A DNA stretch of 63,645 nt, the filler included, from Sphacelaria rigidula (Eukaryota): assembly GCA_964200075.2 (NCBI GenBank). It is 11 parts of 11 records of this genome, joined end to end, with 100 filler letters (N's around TTAATTAATTAA, not from the genome) between each part and the next. Parts side by side here need not be neighbours in the genome. Positions count along the whole stretch, not along the records: positions 11,591 to 17,285 come from CAXNAA020025186.1; positions 17,386 to 23,080 come from CAXNAA020025187.1; positions 23,181 to 28,875 come from CAXNAA020025188.1; 8 more parts are not named here. One strand, 5' to 3'. A program made the position numbers and the translations under genes. The stretch's first letter is position 1; each line of letters begins with the position of its first letter. Shown one piece after another: positions 12,760 to 24,007 of the stretch. The notes under the pieces were generated by a model. The model had not been told where the DNA came from. It made no database searches and worked only from the letters and a program-made list of their open reading frames with translations.

Positions 12760-13345
12760 GGTAGAGTTGCGTATGGTTTCATATCTCTACCCAAGTACAA
12801 TGCCCGGGTATGTATCATATATACATCGATGTGCCTGTTTTCACCACTCTTATTTCCAAAATCCTGCCCGTTTACAGAGCACACTTGGAGCGCCCTTCGA
12901 CGATACCCGCGCGCGAAATTATACTCTACCTAGGTTTCGGGTACTTCGGGTAGGGTTTGATCTCAGTACTTGGCACAAATTATGGGAAAGTGATCCTGGT
13001 GACACCCGGGTATTTACTTTACCCAAATTTTGGGTAAATTGGGTACGATTTGAAGCGTCCAACCAGGTTCAACCAAAAAATGGGTAAGTAATCTTGTAAA
13101 CAATACCCGGATACAGAATATCGCTTGGATATGGTTTCAACACTCTACCCAAATGTTGGGCATAGAGTTGGGTCCGTTGTCAATACTGTACTCTATTTTT
13201 CGGGTAAGTTGGGTCTGATCTCAGTACCCTACCCAAAAATTGGAGAAGAAATGTCAGCGATACCCGGAAAAAAAATGCGTAGAGTTGGGTACAGTTCGAT
13301 GGTCCACTTGAACATTAGATAAATTGGGTACGATCTCGCAGTTCT
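12760..13345. repeat. Degenerate TACCCAA/TTGGGTA-rich subterminal-type repeat region; related stretch at ~1120-1290
   Basis: Many direct and inverted tacccaaa/ttgggta motifs. Confidence 0.45.
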
Positions 13346-13841
13346 ATCTATGTTTTTGAAAGTCATGCTCAATAGGGCGGAGGGTGTTTGATTCCACGAA
13401 GAAAAGGGCTCGTAGGTGCGTCAGAGGACTCGACACACTCGCGGTGCGCTTGTGGGTGAAGTCAGTGTCAAGCTGTACGAATGAGTGTTACTTATCGGCA
13501 GCGGACGCGTTCGAACAACCGCTGCTGCTTTCAACGACGATTTGAAATGGAATTTCGTGGAAGAAATGGCCCCAAATCCCCCCCCCCCGTCCCCATCGTA
13601 GCGTGACTATCGCGTACAAAAAGGCCGAATTTTCTAATGCCCGGGTGTAGGTTATGCCTCGCCCGACCCACCCTCTTTACTTCGTGTTACTGTAGTGTAG
13701 CGCTCCGCTTCGTTTGCTGCTGCGACCGGTCTCACGAAGAGTGCGAAATGTCTAGTCAATTTTTTCGCTCTACCCCCCTCTTTTCACCTGGTTTTTTTTT
13801 GGCGGTGTCGGTTTTCTCGTTGCAGCGCCAAACAAGTCAAG

Positions 13842-13940
13842 ATGTCCCGCTCGGTTTGGTTGGCGATGTTGGCCACGATGATCTTCGCAAAGCAGGATGG
13901 CAACACCGCCAACGCCCTGCGCGGTGGCGACAGAGCGCAG
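13842..13940 (+). CDS. Secreted Cys-module/WSC-domain protein, exon 1 (signal peptide)
   Basis: caagATG start, encodes MSRSVWLAMLATMIFAKQDGNTANALRGGDRAQ, CAG|gtatgg donor, phase 0. Confidence 0.65.
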
Positions 13941-15081
13941 GTATGGCATGTATTCACTATTTTTTGGCACCATCTATGTGGAGGCTAATTGGTTCCGTAT
14001 CGCTGATGTTCACCCGTCTTGTGCACACGTGCAACATATCGATTATGACCTGATGATGTTAGTGCCAATGGACACCACTATTCGACTCTGCGACTACAGT
14101 AGATTTATCGGCGAAAAAAAAGACGCGTGTGCTTCACGGTCGAGTATGTTCCGCGTACCTGTGCCCTTGGACAGGCTCCACTTTGTCCTTGGGCTCCAAC
14201 TCTCTCATGTCTCTCGCTTTCTTTGTATTGTGAAGTTGGAGTCTGATGTTTTGCTTCCGTAGGGCTCTCGGGTGAGAGATCCTGGCCACTTCATATGGTC
14301 CCTTGGCCTTTTGATCTTGTGTATAAGCGCATTTTTGCTTTCTTATGTGCGCGGCCTTCTTCCCCTTTCACGAGCTGGTCCACGCGAGTCATGTACCTAG
14401 AGTCCACCCACCCTCAAGTATTCATGCCAATTCTTGTAGTTGGACTCTGAACCATTGGGCACAATACTACTCGGGACACTGCGAAACTTTCAACGGGGTC
14501 ATATTTTTTCCTTTCTCCCTGTTATCGGGGGTCTCAGGGCGAAGGGGAGTCACATGGGAGTGGTTCTCCGGATTTATTCTGCGGTAGTGGTGCACGTTTT
14601 AATCCAAACGTTCTCTGGGGCTGCACGCTAAGGCTCAGATGTTTGTCGTCGAGGAGCTCCTGGAGTGAGAGCGTCGGAAATATCGCCCCGAGTTGTACTT
14701 ACAAACGAGACTATTATTGCATGTACGCACTACCATGCCGCGCAGGTCGTGCTGTTTCATACTAGCGTTGAAAACTGCCTGACCATGCGTCACGGCCCCC
14801 ATAACTCCCCCACACGTCTATTTCCCAAGCAATGGAAGGCCCCCGGTTCATTTATTTTGCGCACGAAACGATAGAGATTCATGGGTGTTTTAGTTTGAGA
14901 TTCATGGGTTCACTAGTTGATTGTTACACGAGTACCTTGCATTGCAATGCTTAGCAAGGACGATAAGTAGTTCCCCTGTACCAGAGCCGTGCTCGCGCAT
15001 CGCACACCGTTTTGAAGAGGCTCGCTTGACTGTCAGCTTATGCGAAAATTCCCGCCCGCACGTGATCACCGATCGATACAG

Positions 15082-15124
15082 ATGCACGTGGGACGCCTGC
15101 TAGATCATGAGGAACATCATCATG
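15082..15124 (+). CDS. Secreted Cys-module/WSC-domain protein, exon 2 (His-rich linker)
   Basis: cag|ATG acceptor and G|gtgagc donor. Encodes MHVGRLLDHEEHHH. Phase 0 to 1 links exon 1 to the Cys-module exon. Confidence 0.55.
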
Positions 15125-15668
15125 GTGAGCACCCTGCAGCCTCTGTGGAGTGTGAGATGTCCAGTTAACAACCACGACGACGTTCGGTTACTGAGTTGGT
15201 ACTGTACCGTCGACACATCGGGAGGGGAGGCAGTGTGTGTGCTGTTCTGTATTCATGCGATTGCGTTTTTTCCTGGGTATTGTGTTGTCCTCGTCGTGAC
15301 TATGGTGAATCGTCAACACGAAACGTGATCCTCGGATGCTGTGCTGTGCGGTCGACCCCCGAATATTGCGTGCATGGGTGCGGGGTGAAACGGGGTGCGG
15401 TGGCATGACGTAGTTGCAGCTAACGCCCACAGTCCGCCGACATCCTGTTGTGTATGAGGTGAAACTAGCACCGTGACTGGACGGTTGTACAACGAAGCGC
15501 GCGTTGTGCCAGCGTGAGGTCATTCCCTTGTGATGTAATCGGGAACGGCACGCCTAAGCCGAAAATCCGCAACGTGCCCCTCGGGCGAGCCCTTCTGTCT
15601 CTGATCTCATTTCCGTCCCGTTTTCTGTGTTCTTTCGGCGAACCTGTACTGTTGTGACACGAGTGCAG

Positions 15669-15863
15669 ATAGCACATGCTACGGTGGGTTCCCGGGTATC
15701 CAGACCGGAGAGGCGTGCTGTCCCCTGGAATGCGGACAGTGCGGCGGTGACGGGTGCTCCGAGGTCGATGGTTTCGACGATGGCGAGTGCTGCGAAGATA
15801 CCTACTACCACAATTTCCCACCGTGCTCGAGATCGGGCGAGGCCCCGTGCCGCAACGACCTAG
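15669..15863 (+). CDS. Secreted Cys-module/WSC-domain protein, exon 3 (10-cysteine module)
   Basis: gcag| acceptor and G|gtacgt donor; 195 bp, phase 1-1. Encodes DSTCYGGFPGIQTGEACCPLECGQCGGDGCSEVDGFDDGECCEDTYYHNFPPCSRSGEAPCRNDL. This frame is absent from the ORF track. Confidence 0.85.
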   Translation: MAHATVGSRVSRPERRAVPWNADSAAVTGAPRSMVSTMASAAKIPTTTISHRARDRARPRAATT

Positions 15864-16268
15864 GTACGTCTCCGAGAGTTTTCGATCCTGTTGATGTGAT
15901 ACTGAGGAAACAGGAACTATTTCTCACTCATGCACGGAGTCAGTTGTGTGCAAGCTCAAAATCGCGAAATTAACCTCGAAAGGGTCATTATTGCTGTACT
16001 GGAAGAGGAGGATTCAAAGCAGAAACCTTCACTGTTGTCCTTTGTTCCCTCCAGTGTTGTTTGTTGTTTGTTGTTTGTTTCTGTCACTTTTTCCTCCCGG
16101 CGAGTGGGGCTGAGGTTCTCAAATTCGAGTACAGTAATGCCCTCGCGTCTCATCATACCAGATTACGTTGGCTTGAAGTGTTTGTTTTTGTCACAACTGC
16201 AACTTGGTGATTCCTTTGTCCCCCCTCCCCCCTTTCCCCTGCCACCCTGCCGTGAAATCTCGATCCAG

Positions 16269-16298
16269 GTTTCGAGTCAACTGAAACCGAAGAATCTG
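16269..16298 (+). CDS. Secreted Cys-module/WSC-domain protein, exon 4 (30-bp acidic S/T micro-exon)
   Basis: Long pyrimidine tract, ccag| acceptor and G|gtgagt donor. Phase 1-1, encodes GFESTETEES. Confidence 0.65.
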
Positions 16299-16958
16299 GT
16301 GAGTGTGAGATCTTGTCGTTCTACTGAAGTTGTCGTCCTACTGGTCTCCTGTCGCCTTTGTCAACGTGGCTTCCTTTGAGAGACACGTCTATACGTGAAT
16401 TTCGGTTGCCGACACTTCATAAAACGAACATGTTTCCGCAGTTATGGCGCTGATCGGTCTGCTGAATTAGTACCGTCGACATATTGGGAGGGTAGGTGAT
16501 GCATATCCCGCCGTATATGTTCATGTTTGTGTTTCCTCGTGGATATCGTGTTGCCTTTGTCGTGACTACGTTGTATTGTGAGAATGAACGGTGATCCTTG
16601 GATACTGTACTGTGAAGTCTGCAGTCCCAAAGGAGCAAACCTTCTCACCCGCAGGACCGGCCTTGCCATGAAGTGTCCAGCATTGGATGATGACCACTCC
16701 CGCACGCCGTCGACTTTAATCACATAATTGAATTTAGCTGGAATTTTTCGGACAGCGGAACTCAGAGCTGAAGAGGCTCTGCTGTTGAGATTCAAAACCA
16801 CAAAAAAATCCCAGCCGAGTGTTCAATTGCCCGTTTGAAAACTGGGGCGCAGCGGCCGAATACTACTGTTTTGTGTCTTTTCGTGTTTTGTTTTCGCCCA
16901 TCTCACCACTTCTTCATCCATGATTGCATGATTCTCGTGTTCGGTGAACGGACTGCAG

Positions 16959-17059
16959 GCTCGACGGCGGGAGGCTACTCGTACATCGGATGCTACGCAG
17001 ACGATATGGATGATCGCATCTTGTCATCGTTCTGGAAGAACAACCAAATGACTGCAGAG
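16959..17059 (+). CDS. Secreted Cys-module/WSC-domain protein, exon 5 (N-terminal half of WSC domain; gene continues beyond contig)
   Basis: gcag| acceptor (phase 1) and GAG|gtgggg donor. Encodes GSTAGGYSYIGCYADDMDDRILSSFWKNNQMTAE, the WSC 'Y.GCY.D...R.L........MT.E' signature. Confidence 0.85.
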
Positions 17060-17385
17060 GTGGGGTGTAGCGTAGCGCAGGAGGACTGTGTGACACTAGA
17101 ATCTGCAAATTTCCCTGTCTCCAGTATTTCAAACATCTAGAGGCCTCTTCACAAAATATGCAAGTGCTGTCCTCGACAGAAAAATGTCGCAACCCACCGG
17201 GGGGGGGAGGTGTACTCATGATCATGCATGGCATAGTCATAAGACAAGGGAACTCGCATCCCTACAATGCCGGGACGGAGCAAGANNNNNNNNNNNNNNN
17301 NNNNNNNNNNNNNNNNNNNNNNNNNNNNNTTAATTAATTAANNNNNNNNNNNNNNNNNNNNNNNNNNNNNNNNNNNNNNNNNNNN

Positions 17386-17456
17386 TGCACTTTTTTCGCA
17401 AAATCTAGAATCGTTAGGAGCCTCTGAACCAGACAAGATTTTGCGAAAAAAGTGCA
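17386..17456. repeat. Perfect 21-bp inverted repeat (probable MITE fragment at contig start)
   Basis: tgcacttttttcgcaaaatct ... agattttgcgaaaaaagtgca. Confidence 0.75.
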
Positions 17457-17762
17457 CCCCTACCGTAGCATTGCTCTCTGATTTACACCGTTTTTTTCAA
17501 AAATAAGCGCGCCGCGAGTATTTTAGGTCGTTTGATGCATCTATGAGCACATTGTTTGATTCGAACACCCCCCCCTCCTATCGTAGTACGGCTCGTCACT
17601 CAGACGATACCTACTACTAACCATACGATCTGACGCGCTTCAGACATACTACATTCACTGTTGCTGGCCCGGTGTCCTGTGAATAAATCCCCCTTTTCCG
17701 ACACCCACGGAAGCGAAGGACGGGACACTCAGCCAGTCCTCGTAGGAGTACCTATTCATTCC

Positions 17763-18965
17763 CTACCAATTTCCTCGTGCGCCTGGTCCGAACGACAAAT
17801 CACCATCGTGCGAGAACATGTGGTTGTTCCACACGTCCACCATCCCCTCGTGAGCATGCCGCGGACAGAAATCAGCCCGTCCACTCCCTTCCACTCCAAA
17901 GGACGGCCTTGAGGAGCAACCTCGGTGTGAACAGCTTGGTCTGGTCACCGCACGCACCATTCCCGCCCTGGCGTGCTCCGTACAAAACAGCGGCCGCCCG
18001 GTGCCCTTCAAACCAAATAATGGTTGATGAGAGCAGCCCTCATAGCAGCACTTTTTGTGTTTCTGGCCTGTGAGGCCCTCGTCGTCGTGATTTGCTATTG
18101 GCTCGACCCTTCTGTCGTACTCCGAGCCCGAAAGCGGCTGCTGCATGCACCCCTTCCGATGCCAATCCTCCGTACCTTCCCTGCCATCGTGTCCGCTTAG
18201 TTCAGCATTCTCGCTCCTGTCCGACTCAGAGGACGGTCCCCTAGTGTAGCCCTCCAGGGTGCATATCCTGCTCCCCACGTATCTCATGCCGTCCGGAGTG
18301 TGCTTCCAACACAGTCCCATCGTTCTATCTCCACCCGATCGCAAAGGAGAGGACGGCGATCGCAAACATACCTCGCAGGAACGCCTCCGTGGCTTGATGC
18401 GCACCATGCCCACAGCCGCATGCATCATACACAACTGTGTCGTTCCGCTACCCTCAAACCCGAATGATGACTGTTTCGAGCAGCCTTTGCGGATGCACCT
18501 CTTGCTTACCAAGTTCACCATCCCTTTCTCAGCGTGTTTCGCACAAGCCATCGGCTTTCCGGTCTTGAACCCATAAGACGGCCGCTTGCTACAACGCTCG
18601 TGGGAACAGATTGCCCTGGTTGCCAGATACACCATCCCCTCCCTGGCATGCTCTACACAGAACTTCTTCATCCTCGTCCCCTTCATGCCATAGGACGGTT
18701 GCGTAGTGCAGCCCGAGTGGGAACACTTTGGGCTACAAACATCCACTAGGCCATCCTGTGCGTGCTCCAGACAGAATATCGGGGTTTTGCTACCCTTCAC
18801 TCCATAGGACGGCTTCTTTGAGCACCCCTCGTGTGAACATCGCTTCTTCATTATGTTGACCATGCCCCGCTCAGCATGCTGAGAACAGAATTCCACTCTT
18901 CTGCTACCCTCCAGCCCAAAGCACGCCTGCTTCACGCAGCCGTCGTGGAAGCAGCGACGCGGCAT
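17763..18965 (-). CDS. EsV-1-7 cysteine-rich repeat protein, intronless, ~400 aa
   Basis: Uninterrupted ORF from ATG 18965 (the track starts at an upstream TTG, 18992). It has about 8 copies of C-x4-C-x3-(P)S(F/Y)G-x8-FC-x2-H-x3-GM plus 2 degenerate units, which is the EsV-1-7 motif. Confidence 0.92.
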   Translation of the reverse strand: MPRRCFHDGCVKQACFGLEGSRRVEFCSQHAERGMVNIMKKRCSHEGCSKKPSYGVKGSKTPIFCLEHAQDGLVDVCSPKCSHSGCTTQPSYGMKGTRMKKFCVEHAREGMVYLATRAICSHERCSKRPSYGFKTGKPMACAKHAEKGMVNLVSKRCIRKGCSKQSSFGFEGSGTTQLCMMHAAVGMVRIKPRRRSCEVCLRSPSSPLRSGGDRTMGLCWKHTPDGMRYVGSRICTLEGYTRGPSSESDRSENAELSGHDGREGTEDWHRKGCMQQPLSGSEYDRRVEPIANHDDEGLTGQKHKKCCYEGCSHQPLFGLKGTGRPLFCTEHARAGMVRAVTRPSCSHRGCSSRPSFGVEGSGRADFCPRHAHEGMVDVWNNHMFSHDGDLSFGPGARGNW

Positions 18966-20449
18966 TGCTATGTAGTTCGTCGGGTATTGCAACCCACCTT
19001 TCTTCTAAATGTGCGGATTTGCCCTACACGCTAGATAGCCACTCTTCGATGCGTGCGGCTCTGAGCCGCGCTTTTACAGCATTCAACGGCACCCTGCCAG
19101 TCCGGAAACAAGATAGGATACCTGTGGCGTTAACAAGCTATGTTGGGTGTCGACCACTGACGTACACCCCGCTGATGATTGAATGACGAGTGACTAATTC
19201 ACACTCCAATTCTGATCACGTACAGCGTAGGGACACCCGAAAAACGTAGACGCGCGGGGGGGAAGGAGCAGGAAAGTAGTTTTAGTGTACAATACCGCCG
19301 CAAACCGGTGCTCTACTGATATGAGGCGCGTGATTGTACTGACTCGTACCTCTATCGAAGAACAGAAGCTGCGATGCGGTGTATTTACCCTATGCAGGGG
19401 CAAAATTGTTTTACATGTGTGCAGAGAGCACGATTGGTAGGCAAGGGACGACGGGGTTTCAAATCCTGTACCATGTAAATGGAAGTATCCGTCAGTCCCA
19501 GCCATCCACAGCTGATTGACGTGAACACCCAGAAGAGACGTCGAGGCGAAGCGGAGTGATAGATTTCACGGCTGCGGATGCAGCAACTGAGAGCATGTCC
19601 TCGCTTTTTTGTTTTCGTTCGAAGGAATGGGGCGGTGGAATCAGTCTGAGCGAATTTTTATCGTTCTGATGCAGTTGGGTCCAGATGGATTTTCAATAGT
19701 TCAATCGAAAACACGCAGTGAAATTCGTGAAGCGGCATATGGTCACTCGTGTACAGTCCAGACAGTCTGTACTGTCTGCACTGCTTACAAGCAGGGTGTG
19801 TGAGTGCGTGTGTGCGTGTTTCGTGCAGGAGGATACAAAAAAGTAGCGGGCAACGTGCAGTGCAGGCAGCCCAGGACTATCAGATTTCTCTGCTTACAAA
19901 GCGACGTGAAAGGGACTTCAGCAACGTGCAGCTTTGTACTGCCTGCACTGCCCATGAGCGTGCACGCAACGCGGTTGCCCGCAGTTCCGTCCCTGATGCT
20001 TACCATGAGAGACGATGCGCAAGTTCTCGCCAGCAAAAAATAAACAAAGCACACCCGACTACTGCAGTGTATCTATCGCTGTGCTCAAGTCGTGCTCTAT
20101 GTTGCAGGGTTGCGGTGGTGGTTGAGAATGAGTTGGGCGGAGTTTGCATGGCCCTCTGAACAGGTGCTATTTGGCGTGGTGGTCCGTAACAGAGGAGTCA
20201 AGTGCCGCTTCGTGCCTTTCGACCGCATGTTTCCGATCGAAAAATATTGTTCTTCCCTCGATGCATTATTTTAATTCTGAGTTGAAGTCTTCAAGGAACA
20301 TAAATGCGGTAGACCCATCAGATCGGCGAAAAAAACTTCGACCACACTTCTTCGATCGAAAAAAAAGGTGCTGAGACGCGCCGAAGAACGAAAAGAAACA
20401 TGCGTTTTGAATTGGACTTGGCGAGCTCGTGCAGCGAATTCCGTCGAAA

Positions 20450-22945
20450 GGATGTGTGTACTTATATTGATGGATGCCCACGCACGGACGGGGGACGAGG
20501 TAGGAGAGGGCTTGGAGCACGAAGGGGTCCTAGGCGCCTATGGACGTCGTGAGCTGAACAATAACGGCAAACTTCTGCTGACTTTCGCAACCGACAACAA
20601 ACGAACCATCACGAACACCTTCTTCAGTACGCAAAAAGGCAGTCTCGCGCAGATACAAATGTGTTGTGGGGCGAGCGATCTCAAGCGCATAGACTACATA
20701 CTCATCCGACAAGCGCACCGAGGTGGAGTGCGCAACGAGGTCGTACACTCCCAACCCCCACCCCCGGCTAAAGCTGACTCGGACCAACACATGGTGGTGG
20801 CCATAGCCGACCTCGGTGGCCACATTGCCCACAACTGCCCAGTACGAACCAAATCGAAGCAGCGGCACTTCAGTCGACAGCAGTTGCAGACCAAAATGGC
20901 ACGGTGGCTCGTGACCGAGAGGTTCCCACATAGTCATCTCGATAATCATCTCGCCGAGCGAAAATACCAGCCAACTACCATCGCGCCGGCGGCCGCGAAG
21001 AAGTCTACCGATGCTATCGAAGTAGAGCAGACAGCCCCCCAGGAAGAGGCACGAATATCACGTATACCGGAATGGTGTGACAACTCCGACACGAGAGCAA
21101 CAGTGGAGGCAGCGGTCGCCAAACGACGGGAGGCACACGGACTGATAAAGGATCACCAGACCCCAGTATCGTGGAAAGCACTCAGAGCCCCGTGGAAGAG
21201 CGTAAGTACAGCAATAGACGACGGCATCCATGCACATCTAAAGAGGAATGCGGCGAGGCTAGAAGCGATCTAGAAGGACCGCGACATGAGAGGCCTCTAC
21301 AAACACCTCAAGAGATCGGTGGGTCTTGGCGCAAGACAATCCGGGGGGCAGCAGTTCATAAAGGACGAGAGCGGTGTCCTACAGGGTTCTTCCGCACCCT
21401 GCTCAACGCCAAATCGCCCACGCTGAACCCAGCCATCGTCAAGGAGTTGAAGCAGCGACCGGCAGCGTCAACCACCTGTGATTCGGTACCGCTTGGAGCA
21501 GCACCAACGCTGGAGGGAACCAGACGAGCAGTCCATGGGATACACAACTGGACAACACCAGGACACGGCTCCCTTTCTGTGGAGCTACTCAACATCGACG
21601 GCCGAGCCGAACCCATCGTCCTCCAACGCTTCCATACCATTCTCGCCGAGGTGTGGAACGGAGGGGAGGTCCCACAGGAGTGGAAAGACGCAACGATCAA
21701 GGTGCTGCACAAGAAATCGAACCTGTCCATCTGCACTAAGTACAGGGGGATCTCTGTAGTATCGCACGCAGGGAACGTGCTCCTGAAGATAGTGGCCAAC
21801 CGCTTCAGCGACTACTGCGAAACGCACGGGATATTACTGGAGGAACAGTGCGGCTTCCAACCTGACCGATCCACTGCCGATTTGCTGTTCGTAGTGCGCA
21901 GACTCCAAGAGCTGGGATGGCGGCGGAAAATACCGCTGTACATGTTGTGCTTCGTCGACCTCCAGACTGCATATGACACTATATTCGTGAGATTCAGAGT
22001 GTAACATCGGATTCAGAGTGATGACTTTCCCGTCGATTTTGATATCGCCACAGTTCGAGGAGTAATGCGCCCAGCTGGTAAAGCGGTGGTTCAATGAAAG
22101 CTGCCACCTACACGATCCGTATGACACATCGCTTGATCGCAACGACATCGTGAGTCCGTTGCAACAAAAGATCCCCTCTTTCGAGAAAAAACGATTCGTG
22201 CCTTAAAGAGTTTCAGTTCCGAAATTTCCCCCTAGGCGTAAAAATGCTTTGTGCGGTATCTCACCAATCAGACCGCCGAATTTCTCGAGAGGAGTACTGT
22301 ATGGCAACTGCATGCACAGGACGTGTGATCAAGAAAACAAAAAAACGTTGGCCTGTTAGGAACGCTAGAGCATCGACTCTGAAGCCGATATTACGCTCTG
22401 AATCTCACGAATATGGTGTTATATGACTCAGTCGACCGAGAGCTTCTGTGGTAGGTACTGGTCCGAGCTGATATTCCGGATGAGATTATAGCAGTTATCC
22501 GCCATTCCACGACGGTGTGCAGGCCCGCGTACGCATGGACGACGGGGAGCTCTCGGGGTGGTTTGAAGTCACACGGGGACTGCGACAAGGATGTGTGCTG
22601 TCTCTCCTGCCCTTCACATCTTCTTCGCCGCAGTGCTCGAGATAGTCCTCGTGCGGTTCAGCGAGGACGATATCATTATCAAGGACATGATATATCTCGA
22701 CGAGGAGACGGGGAGGGGGGCGGAGACACCGTAGGAACGTGTATGGAGAGCGGTGTGAGGAATGCTGTATGCCGACGATGCCGGCGTCGTCTAGAAATCT
22801 CCCGACAGACTGGCGAGGATGATGACTATCATAGTGGACGCGTTGGGGGCCTTTGGACTGATCGTATCGGAGAAGGAGACGAAAACTCTTTTGATGCGAG
22901 TACTGACGCAAGCACCGAAGAACGGGGGGCTACCAACCCCACCCC
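20450..22945 (+). mobile_element. Degraded LINE (RTE-like): APE endonuclease plus reverse transcriptase
   Basis: Endonuclease motifs MDAHARTG, NNNGKLLL.F, TNTFF, IDYIL, SD.HMV. RT motifs VPQEWKDA.I..LHKK, YRGISV, EQCGF...RST, FVDL..AYDSV, GLRQGC, LYADD. Contains stops and frameshifts, is 3' truncated and is split by a MITE. Confidence 0.92.
21975..22420. mobile_element. 446-bp MITE with ~45-bp TIRs inserted in the LINE RT
   Basis: gacactatattcgtgagattcagagtgtaacatcggattcagagt / actctgaagccgatattacgctctgaatctcacgaatatggtgtt, flanked by ATAT...ATAT. Removal restores GCA TAT GAC TCA GTC GAC (AYDSVD). Confidence 0.92.
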
Positions 22946-23195
22946 TCCCCCAGAAAACTATGGTAACGCACCCATGAGGCAGTGTATAAGCCGTTGCTGT
23001 CTCCGGAAGTGGCGATACCAGATAATTAAGCAACTCAATGGCGGCTGTCATCCAAATGCAAGATAATCAGTAGGCTTCGGNNNNNNNNNNNNNNNNNNNN
23101 NNNNNNNNNNNNNNNNNNNNNNNNTTAATTAATTAANNNNNNNNNNNNNNNNNNNNNNNNNNNNNNNNNNNNNNNNNNNNGATGAGAAACAAAAG

Positions 23196-23456
23196 CGAGG
23201 GTCGGACGAACTGATGATTCGTCTGGAAATGACTTGATTTTAGTGTGATTGATTCGTACCGTACGAATCAATCCTTAGGCTTTGTTTTCAGTGTTGCAAC
23301 CCAGGTACGCGCAGCCCAGGCACGTGGAATGGCGCAAAAGTTGCGTGGAGATTTTTTTGACCAGCGGTCAACTTTTCCCCCTTTTTTCGAGCAACCAAAA
23401 GGCTGAGAAATCGTGGATTTCCTGATTCGAACCAGCGATGATTCGTCCGAACCGTG
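23196..23456 (+). mobile_element. hAT-type MITE (261 bp), copy 1
   Basis: Short TIRs related to CAAGGGTCGGACGAAT and a perfect 8-bp TSD AACAAAAG. Confidence 0.9.
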
Positions 23457-24007
23457 AACAAAAGCCGAGGCGGCGCGCAGGAGGGTTTTACGAACATGCC
23501 AGTGAATGTATATGTGTATACATATACGCGAAAATGTGCGTACGACTCGAAAGAACGAAATGGAACAAGAGAAGGATCGGTTACATCATGTGCTAAATAT
23601 TGTAAAACGAAAAGTGAAACACCAGTATGTGGTGCAAGAAAGAGGCAACGAAGTATAGCAAGAGCCTTACTCCAAAGTAATCAATTTCCGATTTATAAAA
23701 AAGCAAGGAGTCATTCAACCAGGTGATAATTAAACCTCAAAGAACTATCCAGATCAACCTATACATCACTCTATAGTAGTGTATCAAGGACCTGGTTCCG
23801 TGAGGGGGGTGGTATCCGAAACCTCGTATCGTAACAATATGGCTGGGTGACAGTCCAGGGCTGAGGAGTGTGTGGGTTTTTTTAGGGTATTCACATCGTC
23901 AGCGATTGCTTCCCGGAAAGACAATGCGTTTTCCCAGCAAAAAAAAAGTCGGGCACCAAGCCGAAATAGATGGGGGTGACCACTGTGACTGCTTCAAAAA
24001 ACGCGTA

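Noticed and set aside
14263..14271. 9-bp micro-exon (GSR) in the secreted WSC gene
   Set aside because: tag|GGCTCTCGG|gtgaga is phase-compatible, but too short to support without transcript data.
17763..22945. Functional coupling of the EsV-1-7 array with the neighbouring RT (DGR- or retron-like system)
   Set aside because: The RT is an ordinary decayed RTE-like LINE with APE endonuclease, stops and a MITE insertion. No template/variable repeat pair is seen.
17386..23080. Integrated phaeovirus (EsV-1-like provirus) segment
   Set aside because: Only one EsV-1-7 gene is present, flanked by host repeats and a LINE, with no NCLDV core genes or dense gene packing.
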